From positions 1-38,920 of the forward strand of contig CAZHQS010000002.1 of NCBI GenBank assembly GCA_964534545.1: a DNA stretch of 38,920 nt, read 5' to 3'. This document shows, in pieces, positions 1-6,821 of this stretch. Position 1 is the first letter of the stretch. Every line of letters starts with the position of its first letter. The position numbers were made by a program, and so were the translations under genes. The notes beneath the pieces were generated by a model. The model ran no database searches. It saw only the letters and a program-made list of their open reading frames with translations, and had not been told where the DNA came from. This DNA comes from Candidatus Hydrothermarchaeota archaeon. GTDB lineage: Archaea; Hydrothermarchaeota; Hydrothermarchaeia; Hydrothermarchaeales; JAADFM01.

Positions 1-2
1 TC

Positions 3-1499
3 AACAAGGGCACGGAACCCCACGGCGGCCTCAACGGTGAAATCGAGCTTGTGCAACTGAACATGGCCCAGCTTGAAAGGGGCAGGGCAGTGGTTGAGAA
101 GAGGGGCACCTTCACAGGGGAGCCCGGCAAGACCATAACCTTCAGACAGAGCTACACCAACGACGGCAGGTATCTCCTCCAGTCAGCGGCTGACAGGTTC
201 GTCCTTCTGGACAGCGACTTCAATGTCCTGGACGAGGAGACCGGTCTTCCAGGTCAGAACCACGACGCCATACCAACTCCCGACGACAAGTATGCCATCC
301 TGACCCTCAGGGTGCCCGTGGACAAGGGCGGCGAGAAACCGGCCACCGACGGCCAGATACAGCTCTATGACATAGAGAACAAGAAGGCCATCGGCAAGCC
401 AGTGTCCACCTGTATGGCCTGCCACGACGAGAACGACATAGAAGGCAATGCCGTCCTCTGCGGCCTGGATGCAGTCTGGGAGTCCCCGGCACCACCGGCA
501 CCCCCCAAGGTGACCTACACCGGTGACATCTATGTTGCCGGCATGGGCGGCCACTTTGCCAAGGCTACGGTGGAGATCGATCCCTCAGCGGCCCAGCCAA
601 TCCAGGTGACCAGCCTCAAGAGGGTGAGGATCGGTTCCAAGGACACCCATCCGACCCATGATCCCAGGGTGGACGTCAACGACCAAAACACCATGTTCTG
701 GTCCACCTACAAGCTGGACGGCGACAAGGTTCATGTGGGCAAGACCGACCTCTCAACGGGCAAGGTCATAAAGGATGTGGCTCTGGACCTGGATCCCCGG
801 GCGACCAAGACAAGTTCCCTGTACTGCGCCTCGGGCCAGTCCAAGAACAGCTATATCCCGGTGACCATGACCCACGAGGCCTACATCGATGTCTTCGACA
901 AGGCGACCCTGGACCTCAAGACCAGGGTGTTCCTGGACGGTGTCCTGGCAGATGCCAACTACAAGTTCTTCCACGGGACCAACACCCCCGACATGAAGGG
1001 CTTTGTGGTGGCCATCAACAAGGGCACGGAACCCCATGGCGGCCTCAACGGCGAGATCGAGTTGGTGCTCCTGGACATGGCCGACCTGGAGGCGGGCAAG
1101 GCCACCGTGATAAAGCGCAACAGCTTTACCGGGGAGCCTGGCAAGACCATAACCTTCAGGCAGAGCTACACCACCGACGGGAAGTACCTCCTCCAGTCCG
1201 CGGCTGACAGGTTCGTCCTTCTGGACAGCGACTTCAATGTCCTGGACGAGGAGACCGGTCTTCCAGGTCAGAACCACGACGCCATACCAACTCCCGACGA
1301 CAAGTATGCCATCCTGACCCTCAGGGTGCCCGTGGACAAGGGCGGCGAGAAACCGGCCACCGACGGCCAGATACAGCTCTATGACATAGAGAACAAGAAG
1401 CTGGTTGGTGACCCGGTGTCCACCTGCTTTGCCTGCCACGACGAGAACGACATAGAAGGCAATGCCGTCCTCTGCGGTCTGGATGCAGTCTGGAGATAG
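3..1499 (+). CDS. 5'-truncated secreted beta-propeller protein with two tandem units, each ending in a CxxCH...LCG..W module (putative haem c or metal site)
   Basis: The frame is open from nt 3 (NKGTEPHGGLNGEIELV precedes the GTG at 51), so the gene starts left of the window. The two units are joined by the linker SPAPPAPPK. The modules are CMACHDENDIEGNAVLCGLDAVW (internal) and CFACHDENDIEGNAVLCGLDAVW (C-terminus). Blade-like His motifs: GMGGH, DTHPTHD, FHGTN, TEPHGG, NHDAIPTPDDKY. Confidence 0.8.
   Translation, partial: NKGTEPHGGLNGEIELVQLNMAQLERGRAVVEKRGTFTGEPGKTITFRQSYTNDGRYLLQSAADRFVLLDSDFNVLDEETGLPGQNHDAIPTPDDKYAILTLRVPVDKGGEKPATDGQIQLYDIENKKAIGKPVSTCMACHDENDIEGNAVLCGLDAVWESPAPPAPPKVTYTGDIYVAGMGGHFAKATVEIDPSAAQPIQVTSLKRVRIGSKDTHPTHDPRVDVNDQNTMFWSTYKLDGDKVHVGKTDLSTGKVIKDVALDLDPRATKTSSLYCASGQSKNSYIPVTMTHEAYIDVFDKATLDLKTRVFLDGVLADANYKFFHGTNTPDMKGFVVAINKGTEPHGGLNGEIELVLLDMADLEAGKATVIKRNSFTGEPGKTITFRQSYTTDGKYLLQSAADRFVLLDSDFNVLDEETGLPGQNHDAIPTPDDKYAILTLRVPVDKGGEKPATDGQIQLYDIENKKLVGDPVSTCFACHDENDIEGNAVLCGLDAVWR
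186..386 (+). repeat. 201-nt perfect intragenic direct repeat, copy A (copy B at 1200..1400)
   Basis: Base-by-base comparison gives 201/201 identity at an offset of 1014 nt. It sits inside a longer diverged duplication (about 3..482 versus 1017..1496). Confidence 0.95.
1200..1400 (+). repeat. 201-nt perfect intragenic direct repeat, copy B
   Basis: Identical to 186..386. The flanks are clearly diverged, for example LNMAQLERGRAVVEKRGTF versus LDMADLEAGKATVIKRNSF. Confidence 0.95.
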
Positions 1500-1510
1500 G
1501 TAGAGAATCA

Positions 1511-1541
1511 GGGAGGTCCTTCCTCCCATTTTTATTTTTTT
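1511..1541 (+). terminator. Intrinsic terminator after the propeller gene
   Basis: Stem GGGAGG (1511-1516) pairs with CCTCCC (1522-1527) around loop TCCTT, followed by ATTTTTATTTTTTT. Confidence 0.75.
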
Positions 1542-1567
1542 AATTGATATCCCCAGAGGACATTAGG

Positions 1568-2743
1568 ATGAATGTCTATTACCTTGCAAGGCAGAATGTC
1601 AAACGAAAGCCCTTTAGAAGTCTTGTTATGGTTATATCAATCTGTTTTCTGGTGGCCTTGACCATCTTTGCCATCTCCTTCATCACAAACGTGAACAAGA
1701 GCCTGGAGAAGACCTCCAACAGGCTGGGGGCGGACATCATAGTGGTGCCCTCCGGGGCCAGGACCATCGCCGAGGAGTTCCTCCTGGAGAGCAAGAAGAA
1801 GTCCTTTTACATGGACATGGAGGCTGTGGAGAAAATCCGTTCCCTGGAGGAGGTCGAGAAGGTAACCTACCAGATCTATCTCAAGACCGTCCCAGGGGTC
1901 TGCTGTGACATCCAGGAGGCCCAGGTAGTGGTCTTTGACCCGGAGAGCGATTTCATCGTAAGGCCCTGGCTTGAGGAATCTGGAATAGAGCTCAATAAGG
2001 GGGAGTATATCGTCGGCCATGGCTCCTACGAGGACCTCAGGTTTGGTCTTTTGGAGGCGCAAACCATCTTTGGCAAGGAGTTCAAGACCGGTGGGGTCCT
2101 GGAAGAGACAGGGACCGGCATGGACTACTCAATATTCATCGGCCTTGAAGACTTCGAAGAGATCCTGAAGGAATCACAACCGGTGGAGCCCGGAAAGATA
2201 TCCGTCATCTTCGTCCGCTTGAAGGAGGGCTACAAATCCCATCTTGTGGGCCGGAAGATCGATGGTCTCTTCCCCGAGGTGGATGCCATCCCCAGGGGTG
2301 AGATCGGTGAGGATATAAAGGGCGACCTCATGGATATAAACAAGATATTCACCATCTCCATATTCTACTCTGCCGTTTTTTCCATATTCCTGGCCTGGGC
2401 CATATTCTCGGCCATCGTCAACGAGAGGAGGAGGGAGATCGGCCTTATGCGGGCCATGGGGGCCAAGAGGCTCCATATCTTCAAACTCTTCATCTCGGAG
2501 GCCGCCTTCATCGGGGGCGCAGGGGGTGTCCTCGGGGTGGTCCTTGGCAATTATATTGTGAACAGGATGGCGGAGGACTTCCGGCTGCTGGAGAACCTCT
2601 CCCAGGCCCTGGATACCAACACCCGGATAATGATAAGCATCTTTGGTTTTCTGGGTGGGATATTCGTCTGTGTCTTCGGGGCCTTCTTCCCGGTCATCAG
2701 GGTCGGCGGTATTGAACCGCTGGAGGCCATCAAGGGTGAGTAG
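1568..2743 (+). CDS. MacB/FtsX-type ABC transporter permease (module 1)
   Basis: ATG at 1568 follows AGAGGA. N-terminus MNVYYLARQNVKRKPFRS then TM1, a large extracytoplasmic domain of about 200 aa (RLGADIIVVP, vicinal Cys in PGVCCD), and C-terminal FtsX motifs (NERRREIGLMRAMGAKR, three TM helices). The last 4 nt lie next to the ATPase start. Confidence 0.88.
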   Translation: MNVYYLARQNVKRKPFRSLVMVISICFLVALTIFAISFITNVNKSLEKTSNRLGADIIVVPSGARTIAEEFLLESKKKSFYMDMEAVEKIRSLEEVEKVTYQIYLKTVPGVCCDIQEAQVVVFDPESDFIVRPWLEESGIELNKGEYIVGHGSYEDLRFGLLEAQTIFGKEFKTGGVLEETGTGMDYSIFIGLEDFEEILKESQPVEPGKISVIFVRLKEGYKSHLVGRKIDGLFPEVDAIPRGEIGEDIKGDLMDINKIFTISIFYSAVFSIFLAWAIFSAIVNERRREIGLMRAMGAKRLHIFKLFISEAAFIGGAGGVLGVVLGNYIVNRMAEDFRLLENLSQALDTNTRIMISIFGFLGGIFVCVFGAFFPVIRVGGIEPLEAIKGE

Positions 2744-2744
2744 G

Positions 2745-3413
2745 ATGATAAGGGTTGAGAACCTCTCAAAGGTCTACACCATCGAAGGGGAGCCCCTGGT
2801 GGCGGTGGACGATGTATCCTTTGAGGTTGACAAGGGTGAGTTCATATCCATCGTGGGTCACTCTGGCAGCGGCAAGACCACCCTCCTGAGCCTGATTGGC
2901 GGCCTGACCAGACCCACCTCGGGAAAGGTCTTCATCAACGACGTGGACATCTGGGCCCTGGGTGACAACCTTATGTCGGAGTTCCGCAACCGAAACATCG
3001 GCTTCATGTTCCAGTTCTCAAGCCTCATCCCCACCCTCAATGTCCTGGACAACGTCCTCCTTCCGGTCAGTTTCGGGGGGAAGGCAACAAAGGAGGTGAA
3101 AAAGAGGGCCGAGGAGTATCTGGACCTGGTGGGCCTTTCAGGACGGACGCGGTCCTATCCATCCCAGCTCTCCGGGGGCCAGCAGCGCCGTGTCGCCATC
3201 GCCAGGGCATTGATAAACGAACCGGAGATCATCCTGGCCGACGAACCGACAGGTGACCTTGATATCCAGACCGAAGGGGAGATATTGAGGCTCTTCCAGC
3301 GGATAAACGCCGAGAAGGAGATAACCTTCCTCATCGTCACCCACGCCCAGAACATTGCGGATTATACGGAAAGGATGATAGTAATGAAGGATGGAAAGGT
3401 CTTTGAGGAGTAG
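2745..3413 (+). CDS. ABC transporter ATP-binding protein, MacB/LolD-like (module 1)
   Basis: Starts MIRVENLSKVY at ATG 2745, one nt after the permease stop. Walker A GHSGSGKTT, signature LSGGQQRRVAIARAL, Walker B IILADEPTGDLD. The 2643 start in the track overlaps the permease and is rejected. Confidence 0.92.
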   Translation: MIRVENLSKVYTIEGEPLVAVDDVSFEVDKGEFISIVGHSGSGKTTLLSLIGGLTRPTSGKVFINDVDIWALGDNLMSEFRNRNIGFMFQFSSLIPTLNVLDNVLLPVSFGGKATKEVKKRAEEYLDLVGLSGRTRSYPSQLSGGQQRRVAIARALINEPEIILADEPTGDLDIQTEGEILRLFQRINAEKEITFLIVTHAQNIADYTERMIVMKDGKVFEE

Positions 3414-3467
3414 GGTGGTCCTGAATAGAAAGTTTCTTATTACAGGCGGGGCATCTATCTGGATGAA

Positions 3468-4295
3468 ATGAGCGAGGAACCCGAAAACGGCGACATATTT
3501 TCCATGCTGAGCCACCCCTTCAGGAAGCAGATTTTGCGGCTGGTGAGTGAAAGGCCCATGATGTACACCGAGCTCATGGAGGGTCTGGGCATCGAGAGCG
3601 GCAAGCTCCGTTTCCACCTGGAGAAGGTAAGGCCCCTCCTGAAGCAGGATAAGCAGAAGAAATACATGCTTTCCGAACAGGGAAAAAAGGCCCTGGTCTT
3701 TTTGGAAGGCGCGGAGTCCCTTGAGGTCCCGGTGGAAAAAGAAAGGGACATGGGCTCAATCGCCCTCGCGGGGGCAATCTTCCTGGTTCTCGGGCTGGTG
3801 GCGGGTTTCTTTATCTCGGAATCCCTGGCAGGGGATGAGGTGGTGGAGGTGGAGAAGAGCATACCTGTCAACATCACCGACAAGGAGAAGCCGCGGTTTG
3901 TGCCAGAATTTGAGGTAGGGGTCTATGGGATCCCAGAGGTCCTGGCAACAAACGAGAGCAAGGTGGGCAGAATCGAGATAAGGAACGTGGGGGATGTCAC
4001 CGTAAAGAACCTTACCTTCCTGATAAAGGCCATACCCGGGGACGAGTTCGTGATAAATAATTTCCGGGGCAAGGGGATAAAGGTGGAGGAAGGCGAGGAG
4101 GGGACCTATGTCTCCTTTGGAGATCTATATACAAATCCTGAGGTCACCAAGAGCTTCGAGTTCACCATGATGACCATGGACTCAAAGGTTGACCATACCT
4201 TCCAGGTGGAGGTCTTCTTCTATCCCAGGGAGGAGTGGGTGACGGTCTACAGGAAGGAAATTTACGTGGGTCCACCCAAAATAATCGTAAGATAA
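3468..4295 (+). CDS. Membrane-tethered ArsR-like winged-helix regulator with an extracytoplasmic beta-sandwich-like domain
   Basis: N-terminal wHTH (FSMLSHPFRKQILRLV...YTELMEGLGIESGKLRFHLEKV), one TM helix (IALAGAIFLVLGLVAGFFI), then a beta-rich C-terminal domain (VGRIEIRNVGDVTVKNLTF). Confidence 0.75.
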   Translation: MSEEPENGDIFSMLSHPFRKQILRLVSERPMMYTELMEGLGIESGKLRFHLEKVRPLLKQDKQKKYMLSEQGKKALVFLEGAESLEVPVEKERDMGSIALAGAIFLVLGLVAGFFISESLAGDEVVEVEKSIPVNITDKEKPRFVPEFEVGVYGIPEVLATNESKVGRIEIRNVGDVTVKNLTFLIKAIPGDEFVINNFRGKGIKVEEGEEGTYVSFGDLYTNPEVTKSFEFTMMTMDSKVDHTFQVEVFFYPREEWVTVYRKEIYVGPPKIIVR

Positions 4296-4310
4296 TTTTA
4301 ATTTTCAAGC

Positions 4311-4415
4311 TTGCAAAGTATAATTTGCAAACACGATTATTAATATTTTCAGCCCCTTTATATATGATAAGTCACCATCGGGTGATACATGATCGGGCAA
4401 AAAATGCCCGGTTTT
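4311..4415 (+). promoter_or_regulatory. Candidate operator, TATA-like box and leader hairpin upstream of the propeller lipoprotein gene
   Basis: Perfect inverted repeat TTGCAAA-GTATAA-TTTGCAA (4311-4330). TTTATATA at 4357-4364. TCACC-ATCG-GGTGA palindrome. Hairpin CGGGCA-aaaaa-TGCCCG (4394-4410) followed by GTTTTC. Confidence 0.4.
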
Positions 4416-4444
4416 CAAAACCCCAAGAATTAGGAGGTGAACGT

Positions 4445-5671
4445 GTGAGAAAAGAACTGTTTATGCTATGCATCCTGGCCATCGGGATGCTGGTAGCAGG
4501 ATGTGGCGGTGGAGGTGAGACCACCACCGGCGGTGGCGAAGAGACCACCGTGGAAGAAACCACCGTCGCGGAAGAACCGGTAGAAGAGACCGTTGACTAC
4601 CTCATCGGTACCGCCTATGTGGCCGGTGAAGGCGGCCATGTGGCCGTGATTGACCTTGAGGCCTTCACAAAGGAGGCATCCACCTACATCCCCAAGAGGG
4701 TGAAGCCCAAGGGACTTAAGGGTGGTAGTGAAACTGCAGGTAAGCTTGCCGGTATGGATATCGGCGAGATGACCGGCGAGGGCATGCCCGAGAAACAGGG
4801 CGGAACCCACGGAGCAGCCCTTCTGCCGGACGGGGAGACCCTTGTTGTGGGCACCCTGGGCGGCCAGGTCTACGAGGTTAACCTGAAGACCAAGAAGACC
4901 ACCGGCCCCGTGGACGTGGGTATCAAGTTCTGTGACGCCATGCTCGGACCCGACGGCAAGGTCTATCTCGAGGACATGGCCGATGGGAACGTCTATATCT
5001 ACGACCCCGAGACTGACACCACAGCTGATATCATACCCACCGGGGACAACAATGAAGGGATATCCAGCGTATGCGGTATCGACTGGCTCGATGACGGCAC
5101 CATGCTGATAACCGACATGCCCAGCGGAACCGTCTACCACATAGATGCCGAAGGAAACGTCCTGGGCAGCGTTAATGTCGGGACCTTCATCCACCAGGCT
5201 ACCCTGACCCCGGACAAGAAAGAATACTGGGTCTCTGCCCCCGACGAGTTCAACGTGCCGGTCAACGGTCTTGACGGCTGGTCCATCAACCCGGAGGCCT
5301 CCGGCGGACACAAACCCGGAATATCCATCGTGGACCCGGCTACCATGACCGAGATCACCAGGATCGAGACCCCGAACCTCTATGCCCACGACATAGAGTT
5401 CACGCCTGACGGCAAGTACGCCCTCATCAGCGCCAGGGACTACACCGATGGCGGCTGGCTGGTCATCATGGATGCCAAGAGCCATGAGGTCGTCTGCCAG
5501 GGCGAGGTCTGCAAGAGCTGCCACGAGGATTCCGGCATCGATGTCGAGCCCGGCAGCGTGAAGCTCTGCGGAACAGAGGTCGACTGGACCGGGTACAAGA
5601 CCGCAACCCTCACACCTGGTGAGGTGGCCGAGGGCCCAAGCGGCGAACTCGTAGTGGTTGGATGCGGTTAA
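4445..5671 (+). CDS. Lipobox beta-propeller protein with C-terminal CxxCH...LCG..W module and ELVVVGCG tail
   Basis: GTG at 4445 lies 4 nt after GGAGGTGA. Signal and lipobox: MRKELFMLCILAIGMLVAGC-GGGGE. Propeller-like repeats include YVAGEGGH, GGTHGAALLPDG, IHQATLTPD, GGHKPG and AHDIEFTPDGKY. The module CKSCHEDSGIDVEPGSVKLCGTEVDW is paralogous to ORF 3..1499. Confidence 0.85.
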   Translation: MRKELFMLCILAIGMLVAGCGGGGETTTGGGEETTVEETTVAEEPVEETVDYLIGTAYVAGEGGHVAVIDLEAFTKEASTYIPKRVKPKGLKGGSETAGKLAGMDIGEMTGEGMPEKQGGTHGAALLPDGETLVVGTLGGQVYEVNLKTKKTTGPVDVGIKFCDAMLGPDGKVYLEDMADGNVYIYDPETDTTADIIPTGDNNEGISSVCGIDWLDDGTMLITDMPSGTVYHIDAEGNVLGSVNVGTFIHQATLTPDKKEYWVSAPDEFNVPVNGLDGWSINPEASGGHKPGISIVDPATMTEITRIETPNLYAHDIEFTPDGKYALISARDYTDGGWLVIMDAKSHEVVCQGEVCKSCHEDSGIDVEPGSVKLCGTEVDWTGYKTATLTPGEVAEGPSGELVVVGCG

Positions 5672-5710
5672 ACCCGCATTCCCCTTTTTTTCTTTTTTTA
5701 ATTTTTTTAT
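5662..5710 (+). terminator. Intrinsic terminator overlapping the stop codon
   Basis: ATGCGG (5662-5667) pairs with CCGCAT (5674-5679) around loop TTAAAC, followed by a long T-run (CCCCTTTTTTTCTTTTTTTTAATTTTTTT). Confidence 0.75.
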
Positions 5711-5711
5711 C

Positions 5712-6815
5712 TCATTTTCTGGGCATCCGGAAGAGGACCCCAGCCCGCATATCTCTAATTGAGAAGGTGAAGTCATCGATGTGCTTCTCGGTGAAGGGTA
5801 TGCCGGTAAGCTCGAAGAACCTCTCCCAGCCTATGCGGCCTATCCACTCCCCAACCCTTTCGTCCTCCTCGGCATTCTCCGTCCATACCTCAATAATCTT
5901 CTTGACCGTTTTCGTGACCTCGGGCCACCTGGGCGGGTCGTTGGGGATGTAGGGGACCGCCAGCCTGGAGAAGGCAGGGCCGCTCCTGGCGCTGGAGACC
6001 TTCCCCCCCACCCAGATGGAGACCCCGTCATTTTCCGGATCCGCCAGGGGCACCCCCGGGCAGAGGCTGTAGCAGATGCCGCAGTACATGCATTTAGAGG
6101 CGTCTATCTGGATGGACCTCCTGGTCCCCCCGTCCTCCTGCGTGACCATCTTCGGCTTTATGGCATAGGTAGGACAGGAGGAGATGAGGGTCGGGATCTC
6201 ACAGGCCCTGGATACCACGTCGTCGTCCACCCTCGGGGGGACCCTGTGCATCCCCAGGACCGCAATGTCCGAGCAGTGGACCGCCCCGCACATGTTGAGG
6301 CATCCGGCCACGGCTATCTTGAGTTTTGCAGGGAGGTCCGTCCTGGAGAAGTAGGGGTACAGTTCGTCGTAGAGGGCCTTCCCGATACCCGGCGAGTCCG
6401 TGGCCGGGGTATGACAGTGGACCCAGGCCGTGCACTGGATGATGCTGGCCATGGACTTCCCGGTTCCCCCCACGGGGAGCCCCATCTCCTTCAGGTCCCT
6501 GATAAGGGGGTCTATGTTATCCTCCTCGGTCAGGAGGAACTCAATGGAGTGCCTGGAGGTGAACCTCAGGTAGCCGCCGCAGTATCTGTCCGCCAGGTCG
6601 CAAATCTTCCGGATGGTGGCAGGGCTTACGAACTTGGGACCCCCGGCCCTGACCGTATATACAGCCTCTCCGGATTCCGCCACATGCTTCAGGACCCCGG
6701 GCCCCATATGCTCGTAGTAGTCCCACTTCCCGTAGTTCCTCCTGACGACGGGCGGGAGCATCTGCTGGAAGTCAGGGGGTCCGAAGTCCAGTTTTTCCGG
6801 CATCTCCATGGTCAT
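5712..6815 (-). CDS. dsrB: Dissimilatory sulfite reductase beta subunit
   Basis: DFGPPDFQQMLPPVVRRNYGKW, LRFTSRHSIEF, CTAWVHCHTPATD (CX5C), GCLNMCGAVHCSD (CX3C), ferredoxin insert CMYCGICYSLCP, IGWERFF. RBS TAGGAGGAA overlaps the dsrA stop. Confidence 0.92.
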   Translation of the reverse strand: MTMEMPEKLDFGPPDFQQMLPPVVRRNYGKWDYYEHMGPGVLKHVAESGEAVYTVRAGGPKFVSPATIRKICDLADRYCGGYLRFTSRHSIEFLLTEEDNIDPLIRDLKEMGLPVGGTGKSMASIIQCTAWVHCHTPATDSPGIGKALYDELYPYFSRTDLPAKLKIAVAGCLNMCGAVHCSDIAVLGMHRVPPRVDDDVVSRACEIPTLISSCPTYAIKPKMVTQEDGGTRRSIQIDASKCMYCGICYSLCPGVPLADPENDGVSIWVGGKVSSARSGPAFSRLAVPYIPNDPPRWPEVTKTVKKIIEVWTENAEEDERVGEWIGRIGWERFFELTGIPFTEKHIDDFTFSIRDMRAGVLFRMPRK

Positions 6816-6821
6816 TTCCTC

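Noticed and set aside
186-1400. The 201-nt perfect repeat as an insertion sequence or MITE.
   Set aside because: Both copies are in-frame parts of one coding sequence encoding the same protein segment. There are no terminal inverted repeats and no transposase.
2643-2744. An upstream extension of the module 1 ATPase ORF. I made similar start trims for 13425..14810, 22192..22797, 28141..29289, 31864..33030 and 9024..9635.
   Set aside because: The extensions overlap the preceding gene or add non-homologous sequence. Internal starts coincide with the conserved N-termini or signal peptides and with SD-like sequences (no SD at the HPP start).
3-5671. Calling the propeller genes nosZ (N2O reductase).
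   Set aside because: There is no cupredoxin CuA motif (H..C...C...H..M). The units are far shorter than NosZ, and the His-motif resemblance is partial. I keep it only as a structural hypothesis.
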